Below, in pieces: positions 1-9,569 of a DNA stretch of 64,000 bases. The notes under the pieces were generated by a model. That model searched no databases and had not been told where the DNA came from. It saw only the letters and a list, made by a program, of their open reading frames with translations. The position numbers were made by a program, and so were the translations under genes. The stretch is from Candidatus Poribacteria bacterium (GTDB lineage: Bacteria; Poribacteria; WGA-4E; UBA9662): assembly GCA_036339735.1 (NCBI GenBank), contig JAYZAL010000047.1:1-64000 (forward strand), given 5' to 3'. Every line of letters starts with the position of its first letter. Positions within the stretch are counted from its first letter, which is position 1.

Positions 1-215
1 AGATGCCGGAACTAGATGGATTTAAGGTAGTTGAACAAATCAGAAAGTTGGAGAGAAAGTTAGGCCAAAAAGAGGTGGCGATTCTAGGATTATCCGCAGA
101 TGTTACGGGAGAAGTTCAGGATCGTTATAAGTTGGAAGAAGTGGGTGACTACTTAGGAAAACCATTTAAAATGGGAGAACTTAAGCATAAAATACGAAAA
201 TTACTAAATTCTTAA
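1..215 (+). CDS. C-terminal part of a CheY-like response-regulator receiver domain, truncated by the window edge; possibly the tail of a hybrid histidine kinase
   Basis: MPELDG, ILGLSAD and YLGKPF match receiver beta3-alpha3, beta4 (T/S-A) and the conserved KP. Confidence 0.8.
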   Translation, partial: MPELDGFKVVEQIRKLERKLGQKEVAILGLSADVTGEVQDRYKLEEVGDYLGKPFKMGELKHKIRKLLNS

Positions 216-267
216 TCGTCCCCAAGTTCTCATTTCTGATCCTTTTCGTTCAGAAGTCTTAGAATAA

Positions 268-1059
268 CTAATTCAATTCTAACATACAACGAAATCCACC
301 ATATTTGCTCCTAGTAGTTGGTGCAGCGTTGACGCGGTCCGTTATACGCAGAAGGTTAGTATTATTGCCCCAAGATCCTCCCCGAAACACCCGTGAGGAA
401 TGATCACTACTGTACCAATCCTGACACCATTCCCAAACGTTACCAGTCACGTCATATAATCCGAACCCGTTAGGGATAAAACTACCGACCGGAGCAGTAG
501 TCTTATCCCAAGTATCTTTGCCGAAAGTTCCATCATGATTTGCATAATCACGAGAAAAGGTTACGTCATTACCCCATGGGAACCGTTTACCAACTAATCC
601 GCCACGCGCTGCGTATTCCCACTCAGCCTCAGTTGGCAGTCGTTTCTCAGCCCATTTAGCATAAGCTGTAGCGTCATGCCAGTTAACGAGAATCATTGGA
701 TGCTTGTCAGTCGGAGAATAGTCATAAACCTCATTCCAGTTAATTTCAAGATTAGTTTGATAACCTGATAATTTCAAGAAATGCTTAAATTGACCGACGG
801 TTACCTCGTGAGTATCCATAAAGAAAGCATTACTCTTTGGACTATTGCTTCTAACTATATTAATATATCTAGTATCGGCGTCCTCTTGTATTTTAGTTGT
901 AATTAAGACCATCTCAGCCGCGTCTTTTTTCCAAGTAATTTTTTTGGATTTAATGCCGATTAATTCTTTAGCACTAGAAAAAACTGGTAATTTTTCTTCT
1001 CCTGCACAGACTGAAAGGACCAAAAAAAATAAGAAATTCCAATGGAGAAATCTAATCAT
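268..1059 (-). CDS. Secreted FGE-sulfatase (SUMF1/EgtB/PvdO-family) domain protein, probably not a catalytic FGE
   Basis: Signal peptide; HEVTVGQF, RLPTEAEWEYAARGG, NGFGLYDVTGNVWEWCQD, RGGSW, GFRC. No Cys pair after RGGS as found in true FGE. Confidence 0.88.
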   Translation of the reverse strand: MIRFLHWNFLFFLVLSVCAGEEKLPVFSSAKELIGIKSKKITWKKDAAEMVLITTKIQEDADTRYINIVRSNSPKSNAFFMDTHEVTVGQFKHFLKLSGYQTNLEINWNEVYDYSPTDKHPMILVNWHDATAYAKWAEKRLPTEAEWEYAARGGLVGKRFPWGNDVTFSRDYANHDGTFGKDTWDKTTAPVGSFIPNGFGLYDVTGNVWEWCQDWYSSDHSSRVFRGGSWGNNTNLLRITDRVNAAPTTRSKYGGFRCMLELN

Positions 1060-1690
1060 TTAAACTAATTCCTACGTTGTACCTTGTTGAAAACAACATA
1101 ATATAAGAAAAAAAAGCTAAAAAGACAAATTCAGATTTTCAAGTTAGAGTCTCACGTGGAAGATCATAGAAGGGTGGAATTAGTTATCTACGTATTGAAA
1201 ATCGTCATCACCCTCAACCCATAAATCGAAAAAATACCTTCGTTGAATTTCGTTGTGTTTTGTTAATGCGAAATAACTTGTCATTGTAATAGAACAAAAA
1301 AGAAAGGTCTTATAAAGTTGATATTGACTTCTTGGACACATGGATATACCAAGGATAGAAGAACCTGAATGGTTTTACCCGAAATTTATGTGTTTCTTTT
1401 TCGTATATTACTGAAATTCTGTTTCGTCATCTTTATTATACTCTCTAATAATATTTGAACCAGTTTTTACGATTGTATCTGAATATTTGGAATATAGACT
1501 AAATTAAACCTAAGATATCGGCCATCTGCATGATCTTTCCTATATGATACAAGGGCTAATACAGTTTTAAATTAATTCTTAACATATCTTTCAAGGTATT
1601 AGAATTACGTCCAACAGAAATTAGTCTATTATTTACCGATAGACTAAGAGAACTTTCGTTCTATTTCACAATTTTGTTTCGATATCTTTT

Positions 1691-1719
1691 TTGACAAAAG
1701 CCATCCTAAATAGTATGTT
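1691..1719 (+). promoter_or_regulatory. Candidate sigma70 promoter upstream of the ArsA/Get3-like gene
   Basis: TTGACA-N17-TATGTT. Confidence 0.35.
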
Positions 1720-2007
1720 TCTTTGGTTAGTTTTTAATTATGTACTACAAAAACGGACTATAATTTCGATGCTTCTCCTTGTTTGTATCAGTGGAAACTG
1801 CAAATTCCAAACATGAGTCTTGATTGTGAAATCAATCTTCAATTATCAATATTCGGTAACTGCAGTTACTTCAGATATACTTTTTGATTGAAACTTACAA
1901 TGATAACAACTTGGTCTACTCATCATAAAATGACTGTAAAAGTCTTGAACGTCAATTTTTATCGGTTGCTATATAGCCAAATTACCTGGTCATATCAGGA
2001 GGACTAA

Positions 2008-3189
2008 GTGAGAATTTTACTTTACACAGGAAAAGGTGGCGTCGGGAAAACCAGCATTGCTGCCGCCACCGGTTTGAAACTTAGCCAACAAGGATATAAA
2101 ACAATAGTCATTTCACTAGATTCTGCTCATTCACTCGTTGACGCTTTTGACATTGATAATAATCTGATTCACCAGACGGGGGAAATTGTTCAGCAAATCA
2201 GTGATCAGCTGTTCATTCAAGAAATAAATATTCAACAGGCATTAAAACAGTATTGGTCAGAGGTTCAATCTTATCTAGAACTAGTCTTGCAGGTCTCAGG
2301 TTTAGATCAAATTGTGGCTGAAGAAGTAGCCGTATTTCCAGGAATGGAAGAAATTTGTGCTTTACTGTACATTAACCAGTACTATCGTGAAAAGTCTTAT
2401 GATGTCATAATTCTAGATTGTGCACCAACGGGGGAATCTTTACGATTTGTAAGTATTCCAACCGTTTTGGATTGGTACATACGAAACGTGTTCAAAATTC
2501 AACGAAATCTGGTTGGTGCAGCTAGGACCTTCGTCAAAAAAGTGGCAACTTTACCTTTACCAGAAGATGCCTATTTCCAAAACTTATCGGACTTATTTGA
2601 TCAAATTGAAGGCGTAGACCAACTTTTAGAGGATCCTCAAATCACCACTGTCCGGTTGGTAAGTAACCCAGAAAAGATGGTAATCAAAGAAACACAGCGG
2701 GCGTTTATGTACTTTAGCCTCTATGGATTAACTGTCGACTCTGTTATAATCAACCGAATACTACCATCCAACGTTGGCGGAGACTTTTTTGAGTCATGGA
2801 AAAAAACACAGAGCCAGTATATCGAACAAGCAGAGCGTTATTTTACTAATGTACCGATTTGGAAGGCCTACCTATTCGATGACCAAGTACTTGGCCTTGA
2901 TGGACTGAAGAAGTTAGGAAATCAACTATACTCCGAAGTCGATCCTATTGCTTTTTACCAAAATGAAAAAGCTTATGAATTTAGTAAAGATGGCGACCAG
3001 TACAAAATCTCCCTTCTACTTCCATTTATCGAGAAAGATGAGATTCAGCTAGCTAAAAGTAACGATGAAGTCGTTGTCCAAATTGGTGGTTTTCGTCAGC
3101 ATATCCCACTACCGCGTTCATTGACGGATAAGCAACCATCGGGCGCGAGATTAGTCGAAAACCGATTGGTGATTACGTTTAGCGACTAG
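2008..3189 (+). CDS. ArsA/Get3(TRC40)-family ATPase, single ATPase domain plus C-terminal HSP20-like domain
   Basis: GKGGVGKT P-loop, DSAHSL switch I, FPGMEE, DCAPTG switch II, beta-rich C-terminal about 70 aa; AGGAGG RBS before GTG. Confidence 0.9.
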   Translation: MRILLYTGKGGVGKTSIAAATGLKLSQQGYKTIVISLDSAHSLVDAFDIDNNLIHQTGEIVQQISDQLFIQEINIQQALKQYWSEVQSYLELVLQVSGLDQIVAEEVAVFPGMEEICALLYINQYYREKSYDVIILDCAPTGESLRFVSIPTVLDWYIRNVFKIQRNLVGAARTFVKKVATLPLPEDAYFQNLSDLFDQIEGVDQLLEDPQITTVRLVSNPEKMVIKETQRAFMYFSLYGLTVDSVIINRILPSNVGGDFFESWKKTQSQYIEQAERYFTNVPIWKAYLFDDQVLGLDGLKKLGNQLYSEVDPIAFYQNEKAYEFSKDGDQYKISLLLPFIEKDEIQLAKSNDEVVVQIGGFRQHIPLPRSLTDKQPSGARLVENRLVITFSD

Positions 3190-3299
3190 CTACGAGTGAC
3201 CATCCTATATTTTTACTTTATCAGTTTCAAGTAAATAATTTACTAACAAGTAAAAACAGTGGCACTCAGTACATAGGCTGGCCTGGTGAGTCCGAATAG

Positions 3300-4720
3300 T
3301 TGACTATTTACGGGTAAGTTCTCCAATCTTGTACTAATGAATTCGCCCTTCCACAACCGAATGCCAAGCTCTAAATTGTCTATACAATTCTTCATTTTTT
3401 GGATAAAAATATTTTTCTTTCCGCCAAGAGAAAAAATCTGAACTCTATTGCCTCGGCTGATTGGTTACTCTTTTTGATGTCATTATGCTTTCGTATCTGT
3501 GCAAATATACCGAAATCCCGTAATCTACTCATTTTATTTTGAACTTCAATTTCAAGAGTATTTTAATCAAAATTAATTAGCTCTCTTTCTAGTTTTAGAA
3601 TCCTTCTTACCAAAACAATAATCTACCGCTTGACTAGATCTTTCCAATGTGAGATATTGAAATTGGTTTTGGACAAAGAGGAATCTGTTACCCTCCCCAA
3701 AATTTACTGTCCTATAAATTTTGGCATTTAATGAGGTGAAGAATTGGGAATGGAACCTATTTGTCCAGCTAAACCATTCGACCAAGGTGTCACAACTTTG
3801 GGAAACTATTTTCTGTCGACCTAAATCAGGATGTTTCTACGCTAGGCACCTGTTAAAGTCTCGTGAGTACAAAAACATTATTAATGATTTACCAAAACGA
3901 ATGACATATTCTCCATTTTTTCGTATGCTTTGCTTGGTTCGATGATCTGTTTAGCGCACATCTAGAAGGGCAACTTGACGAATATGGAGTATTTTGTTTC
4001 ATGTTGGTACCAAATCTTATAGTAGATTTTTCAAATATTACATAGGCTGAACATAGTGTTATGTACGTGTCGCTATTCAAAGAATCAATGAGTTGAACCA
4101 AATAATTGCTCATGAATTTAGTTGATTCGATTCTATAACAAATGTCAAAAGATTATAGTCCTAGTTTGTATCTATATTTATCCTGTGCTGTAAATGTTAA
4201 TCGTTGGATATAATTTAATGAATTGCGACCTAAATTTGAAAATTGGACGTGGTGTAATGCAGTAAAATTAATCAACTACTTCTTGTATGTAGAAAAAAGG
4301 CTGTGAAGGTGAATCTAAGGCTAATCTACTTTTCATCTAGATAGCCTGAAAACTTTATATTTGATGGAGATACGTTATCTAATCAGCTGCTAGATCTAGA
4401 ATTGTTCAGTACTTCTGTATAACCTTCATCCCCAGAATATGCTGACCAAATCCAAGTACCAACTTGTGATTTGAACTGTATTCGGCCTCAATTATCAATT
4501 TTCGTCAACTGGTTGCTATCAGTCTAAAGAAAGCCTTTTAAAAGGCTTCCTCATGTTCATCAGCCATATCGATGAGTTTTCTGTAATGCCATACAAGATG
4601 GCAAAAGTAAAGTTGAGACCGAAACTATTCGATTATAGAAAATTATGGGGATCCAAATACTTCGAAGTAACCCCATCGTTTCCGGATTTCTGGATCTTTA
4701 CTATCATTTCTGACTAAACT
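3300..4720 (-). pseudogene. Heavily decayed gene relic(s), possibly sulfotransferase-like
   Basis: No long ORF in about 1.6 kb; frame-broken fragments IRKRWG, LLPS..HRYG, RPIFK/LGRNSLNYIQRL, IRLWKGEF loosely recall Sulfotransfer_3 motifs. Confidence 0.25.
4531..4548. repeat. Perfect 18-bp palindrome AAGCCTTTTAAAAGGCTT
   Basis: Self-complementary sequence read directly. Confidence 0.8.
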
Positions 4721-4880
4721 ATAGGAAATATGCCTCAATAGACGAGGAATCAACTCAAATAAGCACCTAATACTCTTATCTAATTTGACCTTTTTCAATA
4801 ATTACTGCGATTTTTTTTAATCATAACTCAGAAACATTTCACCCTATACTTAAAATTCTTTTAACAGGAGAGGAGTAAAA

Positions 4881-5582
4881 ATGCGTCTTTATATCATTCG
4901 TCATGCCGATCCCGATTATGCAAATAGGACCATCACTCCGGAAGGGCACTTGGAAGCCGAAGCCCTTTCCAACCGTTTAGCATCTCAAGGATTAGATTTC
5001 ATATATTCTTCGCCCTTGGGAAGAGCTATTCACACAGCTCAATATACGGCTAGGCTATTAGAAATGGATTACCAAATTGAAGACTGGACTAAGGAAGCCA
5101 GTCTAATGATCGAAGATCCATCTAAAGGTAAGATTAGTGCTTGGGATTTAGATGGTGAAATAATTCGAGGTGAAATGCCCGCGACCACGTACGAGAACTG
5201 GTTTCATCAACCACCTTTTGATGCACCGATGTTCCAGGAGTACTTTGACGTACTTGTAAAACAGTCTGATCGTTTTCTATCTAACCATGGCTATGTAAGA
5301 GAAGGACGTCGCTACCGGATCGTTGAAACTAATCAACACCAAATTGCTTTATTCTGCCATGGTGGGTTTGGTCTCATTTGGATTTCTCATCTATTGGAAC
5401 TACCAGTACCAATGGTATGGTCCAGTTTTTTTCTGGCTCCTAGTTCCGTAACCACTATCTTGTTCGACGAGCGTAGCAATCAGTGGGCAACCCCTCGTTG
5501 TATCGGCTTAGCTGATGTCTCTCACTTATATCAGGCCGGGTTGGATATCCAACCAAGTGGTATTAAAGCAAATTTTTATTAA
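4881..5582 (+). CDS. Histidine phosphatase (phosphoglycerate mutase-like) family protein
   Basis: IIRHA, SSPLGRAIHTA, LFCHGG; GGAG RBS. Confidence 0.9.
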   Translation: MRLYIIRHADPDYANRTITPEGHLEAEALSNRLASQGLDFIYSSPLGRAIHTAQYTARLLEMDYQIEDWTKEASLMIEDPSKGKISAWDLDGEIIRGEMPATTYENWFHQPPFDAPMFQEYFDVLVKQSDRFLSNHGYVREGRRYRIVETNQHQIALFCHGGFGLIWISHLLELPVPMVWSSFFLAPSSVTTILFDERSNQWATPRCIGLADVSHLYQAGLDIQPSGIKANFY

Positions 5583-5713
5583 AATTTTAATTTTCAGCGT
5601 TGTCTAATCTTCAATCGAGGTTTTTCCTGATTTTCCAGCTAAGAATTATGCCAAATTAGCATAGAATAAAAAAAGGGTTATAAATCAAAAATGAAACGAG
5701 AAGTTTATTTTCT

Positions 5714-7018
5714 ATGAGTAATAACACTAGGAAAAATTATTCCAGTAGATCATTTCTTAAGTTGGAAGAAAAACTGCTAGTTATTCAGCAAGTTGATTAC
5801 GAAAGTGGGATCTATTACAGATCTGAAAATCCTCTACCATATCTTGATTTCAAAAAAGTTGGGTGGGATCGAATTATTCCAAAAGAGCATAAGGCTGTCG
5901 TTATAGAAAATCAATTCGTATCAATAACTATACTACCAGAGATGGGGCGTATTTATTCAATGATTTACCAACCCACCGGTCATGAGACGTTGTGGCGAAA
6001 CGACATCATCCGCCCTGGTGGAGCTAACAATGAACTTGGTTGGTGGTTATGGATCGGTGGTATTGAATACACACTTCCCAGAGACGAACACGGAACTAGT
6101 TGGGCTTTAACGTGGGATTATGAGATCCTAAAGAACACCGACACTTGTAAAACCTTACGAATGCAAGTCAAGGAACCGACCTCAGGTCTTTACCACCGGA
6201 TTGACTTGAGCCTAGCAGCTAATAGTTCAGCACTAAAAAGTGAAATAAGTATCTGGAATCCAACATCGGAAACTGTTAATTTTGCTCACTGGATTAATCC
6301 GATGTGGGTACCAGGAGGGAAAAATGAATTAACGGACCAAACAGAATTTCTAATTCCGACTAAACAAGTATTGATTGCAGAACGTTGGCAAGAAAATTTA
6401 GGACCTAGTCCACAGCCTTGGGATGAAAACCCACTCCGCTATATTTGCAATTGGCCTAAAATGGGAGATCTTATGGCTGATGGGCTAGATGCTGGTTTCT
6501 ATGGAGTATATTCACACGAAGAAGAAGAGGGAGTCGTACGTGTTTTTGACCCAGATATCAATCCTGGAGTTGACATTTGGACTTATGGCTTCAACCCATA
6601 TGATGTTCCCATGGGTTCAGGGAAAAAGAACAAGGGATATGCTGAAATGTGGGGAGGGACCGTAAAACACTTCCCAGATGAGACGGCACCGTTATCGCCC
6701 AATGGTACCATTAGTTGGAGTGAATGGATGTACCCCTTCCAGAAAACAAAAGGGTTGAGCATTGCAACTGAGAACGTTGCACTGCACCACCGGTCAGTAT
6801 CAAATGGATTGGAAGTGTTTCTTTGTCCTTCAATTCCAATTAGTTCTGCGCAAATTAAATTTCAAATTGATGGTGAAACTATCATATCTAAATCATTCAG
6901 CACTTCACCTGATAACCCTTATCACGTAATAATCGAATGGGAAAAAATATCAACTGTTAGTAATGTTTTAATGATTCTTCTTGATGGAGAGGAAGAAATA
7001 CTCCGTATTCAAATATAG
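5714..7018 (+). CDS. DUF5107-like (galactose mutarotase-like beta-sandwich) protein
   Basis: VIENQFVSITILPEMGRIYS, WIGGIEY..P..EHG, WTYG..YAEMWGG. Confidence 0.7.
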   Translation: MSNNTRKNYSSRSFLKLEEKLLVIQQVDYESGIYYRSENPLPYLDFKKVGWDRIIPKEHKAVVIENQFVSITILPEMGRIYSMIYQPTGHETLWRNDIIRPGGANNELGWWLWIGGIEYTLPRDEHGTSWALTWDYEILKNTDTCKTLRMQVKEPTSGLYHRIDLSLAANSSALKSEISIWNPTSETVNFAHWINPMWVPGGKNELTDQTEFLIPTKQVLIAERWQENLGPSPQPWDENPLRYICNWPKMGDLMADGLDAGFYGVYSHEEEEGVVRVFDPDINPGVDIWTYGFNPYDVPMGSGKKNKGYAEMWGGTVKHFPDETAPLSPNGTISWSEWMYPFQKTKGLSIATENVALHHRSVSNGLEVFLCPSIPISSAQIKFQIDGETIISKSFSTSPDNPYHVIIEWEKISTVSNVLMILLDGEEEILRIQI

Positions 7019-7225
7019 GTATTCACTCCGTATTTCAAAATTCTACAACAGGCATGGTGAGTAAGGAATAAGACTAGTCTCCTAGCATCAGAAAGTAAAT
7101 AGTTTATTTTACCTGAAAAATTGAGCCGTTGGACGAGGAAGCCTATAACACTATAATGATTCAGATCTTCTAGAAAGACAACCATAAGCATCACAAAAGA
7201 ATTTCAAAAACACGGAGAATAGAGA

Positions 7226-8104
7226 ATGAATGAACATGAGAAGTACTTATTTGACCTGCGTGGCTATATTGTTGTTAGGAATGCTCTCACTGTAGAACAA
7301 ATAGACGATCTATCAAAGCGGTTGGAGACACGACGTAAGCAGAAAAATATCTCTTTAGGATCTGACCGAACCCAAAATGCTGAAGGCAATCTGGCCTGGA
7401 CAGCTTCATCACTGCTGGAATGGGGTGGGAGCTACCTTGATTTAGTAGATCTGCCCACCATTCGACCATATCTCGAAGTTCTGTTGGGCAAAAATTATCG
7501 ATTAGACCATGACTACATAAAAATAGATAGTATCAGACAAAATAGGAAACTCTACCTACATGGTGGAGGACAAGGCGCCGGTGGTGCAAGCGACCTAGTA
7601 GGGCCGACAGATGGGGGGCAATGCTATTACCGATTTAGTAATGGAAGATTCTTCAATGGTTTAGTTGCAGTCGCGTTCGAGCTAGATACAATACCTGTTG
7701 GTCATGGTGGGTTTGCTTGTATTTCTGGTAGCCACAAAGTTAATTTTGAATTGCCAAGTGACTGGAAAGTTAGCAACACACAAGAAGAAATTCCTGAGTG
7801 TGTCGATTGGGTGGCTGCGTCGGCTGGAGATGCAATCATATTCACGGAAGCGTGTGCTCACGGTACTATACCATGGCGTGGTGAAGGCGAGCGTCGTACT
7901 ATCTTCTATAAATATTGCCCACATGCTGTTGCATGGAGTCCTTGTTATTATAATTCTGATAATTATCCAGAGTTAACAGAAAGTCAAAAAGCCTTTTTGC
8001 TGCCACCAAGTGCATTTGGCCCGGCTCCTGAAGTTAATAGTGTTTGGAAAAAAGCTCAAGAAGAACAACGAGAACTGATGAAATTTCGAAAAGACCAAGA
8101 TTAG
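7226..8104 (+). CDS. PhyH-family Fe(II)/2-oxoglutarate oxygenase with atypical HGG metal motif
   Basis: FDLRGYIVVRNAL, RLDH, LHGG (His112), ISGSHK, AGDAIIF, HG (His212), RR..FYKY. Confidence 0.85.
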   Translation: MNEHEKYLFDLRGYIVVRNALTVEQIDDLSKRLETRRKQKNISLGSDRTQNAEGNLAWTASSLLEWGGSYLDLVDLPTIRPYLEVLLGKNYRLDHDYIKIDSIRQNRKLYLHGGGQGAGGASDLVGPTDGGQCYYRFSNGRFFNGLVAVAFELDTIPVGHGGFACISGSHKVNFELPSDWKVSNTQEEIPECVDWVAASAGDAIIFTEACAHGTIPWRGEGERRTIFYKYCPHAVAWSPCYYNSDNYPELTESQKAFLLPPSAFGPAPEVNSVWKKAQEEQRELMKFRKDQD

Positions 8105-8429
8105 AACACGTCTTTTTTTTTGATTTTTCGAAGGTCTTATACGTTCAGGTCATCCCGATTTGGTTTTATTTATTTGTTGAGAATAATCTGTTTTTTTGAA
8201 TGAATACTTGAAATTGGTTTAACAAAATTAAAATAAATAAGGAGACAATACTCAGTTATTCGGGAGTATATTAAAAGGTGTTAAAGTTGTTAGAAATTTT
8301 CCTCTTCGGCATTTATGACACATATCAAACCTATATATTTACCCAGCTTACTTTCTAATCACTTCTAATTTCAATTCGTATTGTATCGATATTTTGAAAG
8401 TAGTGAAAAAGTAACTTCTGATACTTCCG

Positions 8430-9299
8430 TTATCCTAAGCCTAGGTTAACTAACACTAGTGAAATACTAGTTAATACTACTCCTAAAGTCATCATTTTAT
8501 TGAATCGTTCACCTAAAACCAAAACACCAACAATGGTTGTGAACAACATTCCACCTGAGCTAGATACAGGAAATACGACCGAAGCAGGCAAATGGTCAAG
8601 CGCAACCAAAAACATACCACTTCCTGTAATATTACAGAAGCCTATCAAAATGCCATAAAAGAGCTCTATATAGTTAGGTAGCTGACGTTTGCCAAAGCAA
8701 ACAAACAAATACGGTATAGTCGTAACAAGAAAAAGAAAGACCAAATACATCGGTTTTTGATCAATGGGGCACATTTCGTTGAATCCCTTCATAGCTATAC
8801 TACCTACACCAGAATTTATAAATAGTAAAGCAACTATGACGAATGTGATTTTGGTTTTTTGTCTTTCTCTAGTGTGATCATCCGTTGTTGTTGATTCAGT
8901 ATTCATAGCTAGTAAAGGGAGAGCAATTAAAGCTATCAGAATCCCTATTTTTTGATAAATATTGACGGGATCATTCCAAAAAAATACTGATAAAATGATC
9001 GGAATTATCATTGATAATCTGATGGCTGCAGTGGTAACAATAATTCCGATCACTCGTATACCTGCCACGACCAATACGAAACCAAGTGCATAAGAAGCAC
9101 CATTAGCCAAGCCAAAAGCAAATGTAAATTTGGTAAAACCGAGGTTTCCTTCTTGGAAAGCTAAAAAACAAGCCAAAATAAAAGCGGTAGAATAATTAAC
9201 TAAACCAATTGGATTCAATCGGTGTCCACGATTTTTGGCATCTTTGAGAAGAAGACCAAACCCCGAAAGCAAGACAATATGCCAAACCAAATAAATCAT
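8430..9299 (-). CDS. EamA/DMT-family membrane transporter
   Basis: About 10 hydrophobic segments in two repeats; LPASVVFP, LGERF. Confidence 0.85.
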   Translation of the reverse strand: MIYLVWHIVLLSGFGLLLKDAKNRGHRLNPIGLVNYSTAFILACFLAFQEGNLGFTKFTFAFGLANGASYALGFVLVVAGIRVIGIIVTTAAIRLSMIIPIILSVFFWNDPVNIYQKIGILIALIALPLLAMNTESTTTDDHTRERQKTKITFVIVALLFINSGVGSIAMKGFNEMCPIDQKPMYLVFLFLVTTIPYLFVCFGKRQLPNYIELFYGILIGFCNITGSGMFLVALDHLPASVVFPVSSSGGMLFTTIVGVLVLGERFNKMMTLGVVLTSISLVLVNLGLG

Positions 9300-9465
9300 A
9301 ACTTGAGGCCGTGTTGTACATTCACATCTACTACAAATTTATCTTGTAGTTGGAAACATTATCCAAAGTTCGACGGATTCGATCGTTTAGACTTGCCGCT
9401 TGATGTATTTTTGTATGAAATGTGGAGGGATAGTTTTGATTTTTTCTTCTAGTATAAAACTTGAG

Positions 9466-9503
9466 GCTTAGGCTGAAATGGAAACATCCATCTCAGCCTA
9501 AGC
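9466..9503 (-). terminator. Strong 17-bp RNA hairpin between phyH and the EamA gene (terminator or stabilising element)
   Basis: Minus strand GCTTAGGCTGAGATGGA-TGTT-TCCATTTCAGCCTAAGC is fully paired with one G-U; only a weak U-tract follows. Confidence 0.55.
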
Positions 9504-9569
9504 GTATTGGGAAGAATCTTTTCATGTAGTTACCTCCCAGCTTTTCCTAGATCGGCTGTAAGGCTTTAT

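Noticed and set aside
268..1059. FGE-domain gene as a sulfatase maturase or a DGR target
   Set aside because: Catalytic Cys pair absent; no reverse transcriptase or template repeat visible in the window
3573..4113. Three short ORFs (70-74 aa) as real small genes
   Set aside because: They overlap each other, lack RBSs and are better explained as decayed sequence
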